A DNA stretch of 64,000 nt from a virus. Shown here one piece after another: positions 7,753 through 15,145 of the stretch. Below the pieces are notes generated by a model. That model was given only the letters and a program-made list of their open reading frames with translations, was not told the origin of the DNA and did no database searches. Position numbers and translations under genes: made by a program. Each line of letters begins with the position of its first letter. Position 1 is the first letter of the stretch. The stretch spans positions 64,001 through 128,000 of IMG/VR virus record IMGVR_UViG_3300029787_000001; one strand, 5' to 3'.

Positions 7753-8001
7753 ATGATTGGCAAGACTGTCTGGACTACATTTGGAAACAATGTGATTCGT
7801 TTTGGAACAGTGATAGAACAAGATGTTTGTGATGTTTGGACTTACGTTAAGGTAAATTGGGTTGATGATGACGCTCATGACATGGATCGTCAGAGAGTTT
7901 TAGAGATGAGAGGCTATGATAAGTACAACGACTGGTATAGAATCGATAAAGTGTCAATTTTTGACAAGAGCGAACTAATTAAGACAGTTAACAAATTATA
8001 A
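7753..8001 (+). CDS. Small hypothetical protein (possible SH3-like)
   Basis: RBS AGGAGG then ATG 7753; MIGKTVW...GTVIE...VKVNW pattern. Confidence 0.65.
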   Translation: MIGKTVWTTFGNNVIRFGTVIEQDVCDVWTYVKVNWVDDDAHDMDRQRVLEMRGYDKYNDWYRIDKVSIFDKSELIKTVNKL

Positions 8002-8017
8002 GAATGGTGTTCTGCCC

Positions 8018-8140
8018 TGACCGGCTCGGCGGGGATTTTATGGTAATTGGGTCCATGCCTATCACGACCCATCGGAGTGCAAACCCGTAATTAAAATGTA
8101 AGCTAGCTGCGGTGAGCAAGAGACCCGCAACCGAGTCATA
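8018..8140 (+). ncRNA. Candidate structured RNA immediately 5' of tRNA-Ser
   Basis: GC-rich island with nested helices: 8023-8029/8131-8137, 8030-8033/8084-8087, 8048-8053/8066-8071, 8108-8112/8125-8129. Confidence 0.45.
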
Positions 8141-8141
8141 A

Positions 8142-8228
8142 AGTGAGGTGTCCGAGTGGTTTAAGGATCCGGTCTAGAAAACCGGTGTAGGAGCAATCCT
8201 ACCGTGGGTTCGAATCCCACCCTCACTG
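8142..8228 (+). tRNA. tRNA-Ser, anticodon AGA (class II, long variable arm; CCA not encoded)
   Basis: Acceptor AGTGAGG/CCTCACT, G73; D arm TCC..GGA; anticodon arm CCGGT-CTAGAAA-ACCGG; variable arm GTAGGA-GCAA-TCCTAC; T arm GTGGG-TTCGAAT-CCCAC. Confidence 0.9.
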
Positions 8229-8245
8229 CCCCCTATTTTTATCAA

Positions 8246-8338
8246 ATGAAGAGAATCTTAGCCCTATTGACTAGTTACTTTGAATCGTGCTCAGTTTGTG
8301 GGTGCGACCCATGTGATTGCTATGATCAAGATTATTAG
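8246..8338 (+). CDS. Cys-rich microprotein, 30 aa (not in ORF track)
   Basis: MKRILALLTSYFESCSVCGCDPCDCYDQDY; CxxCxCxxCxC cluster; overlaps start of next gene. Confidence 0.55.
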   Translation: MKRILALLTSYFESCSVCGCDPCDCYDQDY

Positions 8339-9236
8339 TTTACTATTTTTATTTTCTTGCGGTAACGAGTTCGTTGTTACACCAACAGATGTAATAGAAG
8401 TAGAAATCCCACCACCCTTAGACACAGCACCTCAGACCGAAGTAGTCATAGATTATTTTGTCCAGCCATCCAAGCCAGAGAGCTTGGATGTTCTGGTTGT
8501 GCTAGACACCTCTTGCTCCATGATGAATGATTATGAGAAAGTCGCTTCGGGAATGGACATCTTGAGAGGTGACATAGAGACTCTCACCTACGATTATCAG
8601 ATCGGTATAATAAATAGCTCTCTTTCGGGAGAGGTTTATTTTGCAGGTCCTTACGATACGAACTCTAGTTCAATAGAGTTTTTGCTAGGCACATCATTGT
8701 TGTCGCATGACAACTTTGAGCAGGGCTTTAGAAGCCATTATGAATTTGCAACCATCACTGAGGAAGGCTTATTCTTTTTAAGACCCGGCGTCCCAAAATT
8801 ATATATTTACATTTCTGATGAGGATGAGCAAAGCCCCATACCAACGCAGATTTTTAAAGAATGGCTTGATGACTATCATGATTCGGTAATTTACGATGCT
8901 TTAGCAATCGCTATGATTGAAGACAGCCCCCACTGCAATTCGAGACCAGCCGACATCGGCTATAAGTTTGATGAATTCGTTCAATATTATAACAAGAAAG
9001 CAATAGACATTTGCGGCAACTGGCAGTTGGCTTTGGCAGATAGTAGTTTTTTGGTAACTCAGGTCTCCTACTTACAACTATCAAGACAGCCACTTGCAGA
9101 ATCTATTGTTGTCTATCAAAATGGCACCAAAGAGAATAATTGGTACTACTTAAACTACACCAATACGGTGTATTTTCAGTTTGAAATTGAAGACGGTGCA
9201 GCGATAAAAGTTGGCTACGACTCAATAGTGGAATAA
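8322..9236 (+). CDS. VWA-domain lipoprotein
   Basis: Lipobox-like LFSC after short hydrophobic leader from ATG 8322; MIDAS-like DVLVVLDTSCSM; YISDEDEQS. Confidence 0.7.
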   Translation: MIKIISLLFLFSCGNEFVVTPTDVIEVEIPPPLDTAPQTEVVIDYFVQPSKPESLDVLVVLDTSCSMMNDYEKVASGMDILRGDIETLTYDYQIGIINSSLSGEVYFAGPYDTNSSSIEFLLGTSLLSHDNFEQGFRSHYEFATITEEGLFFLRPGVPKLYIYISDEDEQSPIPTQIFKEWLDDYHDSVIYDALAIAMIEDSPHCNSRPADIGYKFDEFVQYYNKKAIDICGNWQLALADSSFLVTQVSYLQLSRQPLAESIVVYQNGTKENNWYYLNYTNTVYFQFEIEDGAAIKVGYDSIVE

Positions 9237-9240
9237 ACAA

Positions 9241-9885
9241 ATGATCACAGCAATGGGCGATGTAATGCGCGAAGCCTATAAGCGCAACTGGATCACGACT
9301 CGCGATGGAAACGTCGCAGTTAGAATCAAGAACTCAAGCACAATTTACCTAACACCCTCGGCTATAAGAAAAACTTTAATTTGCCCTGAGATGATAGTGA
9401 GGCTAGAGCTTGGCGATGAACTTCAATTTCATGCAAGCATGGATCTCCAGGCAACTGGCGAGTGGGATATGCATTACAGAATTTTAAAAGACGCGAAGGA
9501 AAGCGCAAGCTCTGTACACCTTCACCCACCTAATATAGTGGCAGCGATGTATGCTGGTTGGAATTTGCAAGAAATGGTAAAGCCATTTCCAGAAGTCTTC
9601 AGGTATACTCGCGTTGGGCACAATGTTGCCGCTTGGCAGGCTTTGTCAAAAGAGTTAGCTCAGCACACTGCCAATAATCTTGGGATTGAGGATGGAATAA
9701 GAAAATTTGATATCGTTGGTCAAAAAAACCACGGAGTTACAGCCGTAGGAAAAAATCCTTGGGAAGCGTTTGAACACATAGAAAGAGTTGAACACATTTG
9801 TCAAATTGTGTTAGCATCGGGTGTACAACCACCCGAGATAAAAAATGGAAAACATAAAAAATTCAATTTGTTTGTTCGACGTTGA
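9241..9885 (+). CDS. Class II aldolase/adducin family protein (FucA/MtnB-like)
   Basis: GNVAVR, YLTPS, EWDMH, VHLH, NHGVTAVG metal-binding motifs. Confidence 0.85.
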   Translation: MITAMGDVMREAYKRNWITTRDGNVAVRIKNSSTIYLTPSAIRKTLICPEMIVRLELGDELQFHASMDLQATGEWDMHYRILKDAKESASSVHLHPPNIVAAMYAGWNLQEMVKPFPEVFRYTRVGHNVAAWQALSKELAQHTANNLGIEDGIRKFDIVGQKNHGVTAVGKNPWEAFEHIERVEHICQIVLASGVQPPEIKNGKHKKFNLFVRR

Positions 9886-10666
9886 CGGAACGCTAACAGA
9901 GCCAAGAAGAAGAATAAACAAAGAGATATTAGACTCTTTGAGAGAGTTGTCTTTTAGCACAGAGATAGGACTTCTCACCGGCTCTGGATTGGATTACATT
10001 AAAGAACAGTTGTGGCCACTGCTGGCTGACCAAGAGTTAAGCCTTAATTGCCATGTGCTACCCTGCAACGGGATAGAATATTACATTCCAAATCCTGAGT
10101 CGCCCGGAAACTTTATAGAAATCCATAAGAACTCTATGTGGCACAAGCTTGGGCACGATAAGTTTCAATTAGTCATGAAAACAATAATGAAACTACAGGC
10201 AAGAATATCCGAACGCGACTACGATATTTCGTTTACTGGGCACCACTTCCAAAATAGAGGCTCAACTGTCAATTGGTCGCCTATCGGCAGAAATGCTGAA
10301 AACGGAGATCGACAGCAGTTCTTGGCAATGGATAAGATTTACGGCATCAGGAAAGAATTTATTTATGAATTTAGAAAAACAATGTTGCATGCCGCAATAG
10401 ATGACGTTACAATAAAGTTCGGTGGTGATACGTCTTTCGACATCTACCCAACAGGCTGGGACAAGAGATATGCCCTCAAGCACTTCCCTGAGTCTGATTG
10501 GGATGTTTTCTTTGTCGGAGACAGATGCAGCCCAGATGGAAATGATTACGAAATCTATGAACACTTGAACCCGCTCGGAAGATCATTCGAGACAAGCGGA
10601 CCAGAAGAAACAATAGAAATAATCGACATTCATCTTCATAAATTAATAGGGAGCTTACATGAGTGA
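9845..10666 (+). CDS. Phosphomannomutase, HAD-IIB (eukaryotic PMM-type)
   Basis: CLFDVDGTLT, RGSTVNWSPIGRNA, GGDTSFDIYPTGWDK, FVGDR..DGNDYEIY motifs. Confidence 0.9.
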   Translation: MENIKNSICLFDVDGTLTEPRRRINKEILDSLRELSFSTEIGLLTGSGLDYIKEQLWPLLADQELSLNCHVLPCNGIEYYIPNPESPGNFIEIHKNSMWHKLGHDKFQLVMKTIMKLQARISERDYDISFTGHHFQNRGSTVNWSPIGRNAENGDRQQFLAMDKIYGIRKEFIYEFRKTMLHAAIDDVTIKFGGDTSFDIYPTGWDKRYALKHFPESDWDVFFVGDRCSPDGNDYEIYEHLNPLGRSFETSGPEETIEIIDIHLHKLIGSLHE

Positions 10667-11096
10667 GAATAAGACCATAATGGTTAGTGGCGGCTTTGAC
10701 CCAGTACACATCGGACACATCAGAATGATTATAGAAGCATCAAAATACGGCGATGTGATTGTTGTTGCTAATTCTGACAGTTGGCTTTTTAGAAAGAAAG
10801 GCTTTGTATTTATGGAATTTGAACAGCGGGCTGAAATACTTGCTGCCATAAAGGGAGTAATAAAAGTCTCCGGCGCCGATGATTCAGACGGTACTGTTTG
10901 TGAAGCGATTAGAAGGCTAAAGCCGGATTATTTTGCAAATGGCGGTGATCGAAAGAAGCACAACACCCCAGAGCAAGCTGTCTGTGATGAGCTTGGTGTT
11001 GAGATGCTTTGGAGCGTAGGCGGCGATGACAAGGCTAATTCAAGTTCTGATTTAGTTGATAGAGTTGTGGTTAAGAGCAGAGTTTCGAGCAGATAA
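10659..11096 (+). CDS. Cytidylyltransferase (RfaE/TagD-like adenylyl/cytidylyltransferase family)
   Basis: SGGFDPVHIGH, NSD, RAEIL, FANGGDR motifs. Confidence 0.85.
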   Translation: MSENKTIMVSGGFDPVHIGHIRMIIEASKYGDVIVVANSDSWLFRKKGFVFMEFEQRAEILAAIKGVIKVSGADDSDGTVCEAIRRLKPDYFANGGDRKKHNTPEQAVCDELGVEMLWSVGGDDKANSSSDLVDRVVVKSRVSSR

Positions 11097-11115
11097 ACCC
11101 TAGTTACTATGAATT

Positions 11116-11622
11116 ATGGACAAAGAGTTTAAAATGAAAACCCTTAAACTTGATTTAACATATCGCCCGGTAGGCGTGATTGATTGTCTTGAAGCTTTGG
11201 TTCTTTGCATTGTAGGCAAAGCAATTGCAGTTGAAGAATACGAGAATAAAGTTAGATCACCATCAGCCTCTTTTAAAATACCTTCTGTGATTGTGTTAAA
11301 GAATGTTGTAAAGTTTTATAATATGGCATTGAGACCAACAAGAAGCAACGTTGTTTGGCGAGATCATAATAGGTGTCAATACTGTGCTGATTATTTTCCT
11401 TCTAGTGAGCTTACTTTAGATCACATTGTTCCCCGCTCTCGTGGCGGGAAAAACTCTTGGACCAATCTTGTTGCTTGCTGTAAAAAATGTAATCAAGTAA
11501 AACGAGATCGAACACCGGAAGAGGCAGACATGCAACTAATTAAAAAACCACTAAAACCTCATAACTCTGTTTTGCGACATGCAACTAAAATCGAGCCTAT
11601 TTGGAATATTTATTTGTGGTAA
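11116..11622 (+). CDS. HNH endonuclease
   Basis: RDHNRCQYC, LTLDHIVPRSRGG, WTNLVACCKKCN. Confidence 0.9.
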   Translation: MDKEFKMKTLKLDLTYRPVGVIDCLEALVLCIVGKAIAVEEYENKVRSPSASFKIPSVIVLKNVVKFYNMALRPTRSNVVWRDHNRCQYCADYFPSSELTLDHIVPRSRGGKNSWTNLVACCKKCNQVKRDRTPEEADMQLIKKPLKPHNSVLRHATKIEPIWNIYLW

Positions 11623-11717
11623 ACCGCTGCATCGTCGGTAATAACGGTGGGTGGCTGCCGCACCAAACGTAGGCAGAGGTTTTCGGTTATCCTAAATTCT
11701 AGACACAAAACCGAACA
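11623..11717 (+). ncRNA. Candidate structured RNA (pseudoknot + hairpin) immediately 5' of tRNA-Thr
   Basis: GGTG 11646-49/CACC 11661-64 with loop CTGCC 11655-59 complementary to GGCAG 11672-76; TTCGGTT 11682-88/AACCGAA 11709-15. Confidence 0.4.
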
Positions 11718-11718
11718 T

Positions 11719-11794
11719 GCCGATATAGCTCAGTTGGTAGAGCTTCTGTTTTGTAAACAGGGGGTCGGGGGTTCGAGTCCCTCTATCGGCACCA
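11719..11794 (+). tRNA. tRNA-Thr, anticodon TGT, CCA encoded
   Basis: 76-nt cloverleaf: GCCGATA/TATCGGC, GCTC/GAGC D arm, loop TT-TGT-AA, GGTTCGAGTCC T arm, ACCA end. Confidence 0.95.
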
Positions 11795-11813
11795 TTTAAA
11801 TCATGGAGGGGAC

Positions 11814-12338
11814 ATGAGAGATGAAACAAGAAGAGAGCGCTATGATAACAAGAAATCAAAAGCAAAAATCTTCCCGGTCAGCCTAACAGCAATTAATTTT
11901 CATTGTGATGAAAATCTTGGCTACCTCATCCGTTCAGCAGCTTGTTTTGGAGCGTCATCCGTAAATGTAATTGGCTGCCTCCCCGACAGAAAAGAATTAA
12001 GAACATTTTCTGGTTCTTTGGCTGATTACATAGAGATAAATCAGTTTTCTACTCCAGAAGAATTTATGCAATTCTCACGCACCGAAAACATTCATCTTGT
12101 CTCGGCAGAATTAACAAGTGAAGCGTCTAATCTTGAACATTATTCATTTGATTATGACAAAAAGACGAGCATTGTTGTTGGTAACGAAACGACCGGAGTC
12201 CCATCTCAGATTTTATTGAATAGCGATGTCGTCTACATTGAAATGCCCGGCATTGGATACTGTTTAAACACAGCGCAAACAGCCAACATAATGCTTTACG
12301 AAGCAGTTAGCCAATTTAAAAAACAAGTTAGTTTTTAA
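11814..12338 (+). CDS. SpoU/TrmH-family RNA 2'-O-methyltransferase
   Basis: ENLGYLIRSAACFG, VVGNETTGV, IEMPG...LNTAQTANIMLYE SPOUT motifs. Confidence 0.85.
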   Translation: MRDETRRERYDNKKSKAKIFPVSLTAINFHCDENLGYLIRSAACFGASSVNVIGCLPDRKELRTFSGSLADYIEINQFSTPEEFMQFSRTENIHLVSAELTSEASNLEHYSFDYDKKTSIVVGNETTGVPSQILLNSDVVYIEMPGIGYCLNTAQTANIMLYEAVSQFKKQVSF

Positions 12339-12374
12339 ATTCTATTAATCTGAGACAGACCCTTGTGATAATGT

Positions 12375-12401
12375 AAAAAAGCCCGCCAATTAGGCGGGCT
12401 T
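12375..12401. terminator. Intrinsic terminator-like hairpin
   Basis: AAGCCCGCC-AATTA-GGCGGGCTT perfect 9-bp stem; A6 tract on 5' side (U-tract on minus strand), TTACTATTT on 3' side. Confidence 0.65.
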
Positions 12402-12402
12402 A

Positions 12403-12409
12403 CTATTTA
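12403..12409 (+). promoter_or_regulatory. CTANTTA motif (candidate phage late promoter)
   Basis: CTATTTA directly after the hairpin, then AGGAG and phoH start. Confidence 0.5.
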
Positions 12410-12429
12410 AAGTAGTCACAGGAGTTTTG

Positions 12430-13761
12430 ATGGCTAAGAAAAACTACATTCTTGACACGAGTGTCTACCTTACAGACGCGGACGCTCTTTACAAGTTTGA
12501 TAATCACGACATTTATGTCCCTCTTAAAGTGCTAGAGGAAATTGATAAGCATAAGAAGCGTCAGGATTCAGTAGGAATCAACGCCCGCAGAATCATTCGC
12601 ACCCTTGACGAATTGAGAACCAAGGGTAATTTACAGAAAGGTGTGAGACTGGATAAAGGTAAAGGAGTTTTAAAAGTAATTTCTTATGAAGTTTTGAAGA
12701 ATGTAATCTTCCCTTCTGATCTCGATTTGAACATTCCAGACCACATGATTATCGCGACTGCTATGGCTGTACGTGAAGAATCAACAAGAAAGACTTCTGT
12801 TGTCTCTCGCGACATCAACATGCGAGTTATCTGTGATTCAGTTGGACTTCCAGCAGAGGACTACACCACCGAAAAGGTAGTAACATCTTCTGACGAACTC
12901 TACTCTGGTTTAGCTACACACCTTGTTGATGACCAAGTAGTTGATCGCTTTTACGAGGGGAATGACATTATCATCAGTGAAGATGAGGTGAAGCATAAGT
13001 GGCATCCAAACCAGTATGTCTTGTTGGTGTCCAACGCTAATGAAAAGAAGACCTGCATAGCAAGGTTTTACACCCATTTCCAGCCTCTGGAAAAAGTTAT
13101 TCACTCAACCATTCCTGATTGGAAAATTTCATCAAGAAACAAGGAACAGGCGTTCGCAATTGACCTTCTTATGGATCCTGATGTTAAGGTTGTGTCACTC
13201 GTTGGTCGTGCTGGTTCTGGCAAGACCCTGTGTGCTATCGCATCAGGGCTCCAGCAGACAATTGGCTTAAGAGGCAACAACCACTATGATCGGATGATTG
13301 TTTCACGACCAGTGCAGCCGCTCGGTAAAGACATTGGTTTCCTACCCGGCACCATGGAAGAGAAGATGCTTCCTTGGTTGATGCCCATACAAGATAACCT
13401 GCAATTTTTGGTTGGAGGAGACAAAAAAACCCTACAAATGTACATGGAGAAAGGTAAAATAGAGATAGAGGCTCTGACCTATATCCGTGGTCGCTCGATA
13501 GCAAACGCATTTATCATCATTGACGAAGCACAGAACTTGACAGCACATGAGATAAAGACGATTATGACCCGCGTTGGCGAAGGAACCAAAATAGTGCTTA
13601 CAGGCGACATCGAGCAAATTGATAATGTTTACGTTAACGAGACCTCTAATGGTCTTGCGCACTGTGTTGAGAAGTTTAAAGAGTTTCCAATTGCTGGACA
13701 CGTAACCTTTACAAGGGGAGAGCGTTCTGAGGTAGCCACATTAGCTTCTAAGGTGTTGTAG
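12430..13761 (+). CDS. phoH: PIN-PhoH fusion (PhoH family ATPase)
   Basis: N-terminal PIN YILDTSVY..EEIDKHK; Walker A GRAGSGKT; EALTYIRGRS, IIIDEAQN, TRVGEGTKIVLTGDIEQID. Confidence 0.95.
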   Translation: MAKKNYILDTSVYLTDADALYKFDNHDIYVPLKVLEEIDKHKKRQDSVGINARRIIRTLDELRTKGNLQKGVRLDKGKGVLKVISYEVLKNVIFPSDLDLNIPDHMIIATAMAVREESTRKTSVVSRDINMRVICDSVGLPAEDYTTEKVVTSSDELYSGLATHLVDDQVVDRFYEGNDIIISEDEVKHKWHPNQYVLLVSNANEKKTCIARFYTHFQPLEKVIHSTIPDWKISSRNKEQAFAIDLLMDPDVKVVSLVGRAGSGKTLCAIASGLQQTIGLRGNNHYDRMIVSRPVQPLGKDIGFLPGTMEEKMLPWLMPIQDNLQFLVGGDKKTLQMYMEKGKIEIEALTYIRGRSIANAFIIIDEAQNLTAHEIKTIMTRVGEGTKIVLTGDIEQIDNVYVNETSNGLAHCVEKFKEFPIAGHVTFTRGERSEVATLASKVL

Positions 13762-14202
13762 ATGATAGAGATTGCCTTCGGATTATTTCTGGGAAACTTA
13801 ATAGAATGGATTGTTCACAAATTCTTTCTACATAATCTCGGAAGAAAGAAGGCGTCTTTCTTTTCATTTCACTGGGGAGTTCACCATAAGGCAGCAAGAA
13901 GAAATAAGTTTTTGGACAGAAAAGTCTCAGCAAGAGAAATAGTTGGGGTAGCTTTTCTGTGCCTCCTTGCTTCCCCTGCCTTATTTATTTCCCCCCTTCT
14001 TTACACAGGCATGTTTGTTCATGCTATAGTCTATTTAGTAGTCCACAATTACGCACACAGGAATCCTGATTGGTGTTACAAATACCTTAGATGGCACTAC
14101 GATCATCACATGGGTAAAAATCAAAACATGAACTGGTGTGTCGTTCATCCATTGGCGGATTATTTATTAGGAACACGGAGAAAGTATGAATACAGAAAAT
14201 GA
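13762..14202 (+). CDS. Fatty acid hydroxylase/sterol desaturase superfamily membrane protein
   Basis: His boxes HKFFLH, HWGVHH, HNYAH, HYDHH with hydrophobic segments. Confidence 0.75.
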   Translation: MIEIAFGLFLGNLIEWIVHKFFLHNLGRKKASFFSFHWGVHHKAARRNKFLDRKVSAREIVGVAFLCLLASPALFISPLLYTGMFVHAIVYLVVHNYAHRNPDWCYKYLRWHYDHHMGKNQNMNWCVVHPLADYLLGTRRKYEYRK

Positions 14203-14452
14203 ATTATCAGGAGTCATCGTTGCTTCTGAAAACCCACTAAAGGAAATGCTTGTTAATTATGTAGGCAACAAGTTTGCAACTGATGCCGACGAGGGAGAAT
14301 TTGAGGTTACAGTGCAGATGATCGTAGATGCGCTTGCTCATGAATTCCCAGAGTTTGTCATGATTATGGCAGAAGAAAATTGGGTTAGAGGCTACCAACA
14401 AGGATTAGACGATGCTACTAAATTACATCCAGAAACGCCAACAGATGCTTGA
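14186..14452 (+). CDS. Hypothetical protein
   Basis: Coupled ORF, no recognised motif. Confidence 0.65.
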   Translation: MNTENELSGVIVASENPLKEMLVNYVGNKFATDADEGEFEVTVQMIVDALAHEFPEFVMIMAEENWVRGYQQGLDDATKLHPETPTDA

Positions 14453-15095
14453 GAGTGGGGGCAACTTTTACACCCCAAATGGCATTCACGTTTACACCAA
14501 AGATGAACTAGTCAATGATACCGTTGATCTAGAAGGGACAGTAGCAAAGCTCGAAGCCAATCTGCCGGATCACGTTAGAGATGGTGTAGAGATGATTATT
14601 GTTGGACACTTTGATGAATTTGAGGAAAGAGGCATTAACGCTTTTTACAAAGATGGGGCGCTCTATGTTTCAAATGTTCAAGATGATAATGACGACTTGC
14701 TCGATGATCTAATCCACGAAACAGCACACTCTGTAGAGGAGCAATATGGAATGGAAATCTACGCAGATCAGAAAATTAAAAATGAGTTTTTGAGAAAGCG
14801 AGAGCACCTTTACAATGTCTTGTGGAAGATGGGATTCAAGGCTCCAAAGCAATTGTTCACAGACCCCGAATACGATCAGGAATTTGATGAGTTTTTACAC
14901 CAAGATGTCGGATACGACAAGCTCTCTGAGATTCTCAAGGGAATAATGATTTCACCCTATGCAGCCACAAGCTTGCGAGAATATTTCGCGACAGCATTTA
15001 CAGAGTTCTATCTTTATCCCAACTCACACAGCTATCTTCAGAGAGCGTCTCCAGAGCTATATAAAAAACTAGTTGAGCTACATCAAGCAGGCTGA
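14445..15095 (+). CDS. Zincin-like metallopeptidase
   Basis: HETAH (HExxH) with downstream EYFA; start placed at ATG 14445. Confidence 0.65.
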   Translation: MLESGGNFYTPNGIHVYTKDELVNDTVDLEGTVAKLEANLPDHVRDGVEMIIVGHFDEFEERGINAFYKDGALYVSNVQDDNDDLLDDLIHETAHSVEEQYGMEIYADQKIKNEFLRKREHLYNVLWKMGFKAPKQLFTDPEYDQEFDEFLHQDVGYDKLSEILKGIMISPYAATSLREYFATAFTEFYLYPNSHSYLQRASPELYKKLVELHQAG

Positions 15096-15097
15096 AG

Positions 15098-15126
15098 TTG
15101 ACAGCCCATAGCCAGCGTGTTAGGTT
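15098..15126 (+). promoter_or_regulatory. Sigma70-type promoter
   Basis: TTGACA (15098-15103), 17 nt, TGn-TAGGTT (15121-15126), AAGGAG RBS, ATG 15146. Confidence 0.6.
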
Positions 15127-15145
15127 AGTGGCATAAGGAGTTATT

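Noticed and set aside
8018-8140. Firm assignment as SAM-II riboswitch, tmRNA or a known ribozyme
   Set aside because: Only partial motif resemblance; no downstream RBS/CDS to regulate, no tmRNA acceptor ends, no hammerhead/HDV core found; kept only as an unassigned ncRNA candidate
8173-8180. Reading the Ser tRNA as an amber suppressor because CTA occurs in the anticodon loop
   Set aside because: The 5-bp stem CCGGT/ACCGG fixes a 7-nt loop CU-AGA-AA; CUA sits at positions 32-34, not 34-36
11116-11622. HNH as a homing endonuclease mobilising the tRNA region
   Set aside because: It is a compact single-domain HNH with no recognisable DNA-binding extension, flanking duplication or intron context; adjacency alone is insufficient
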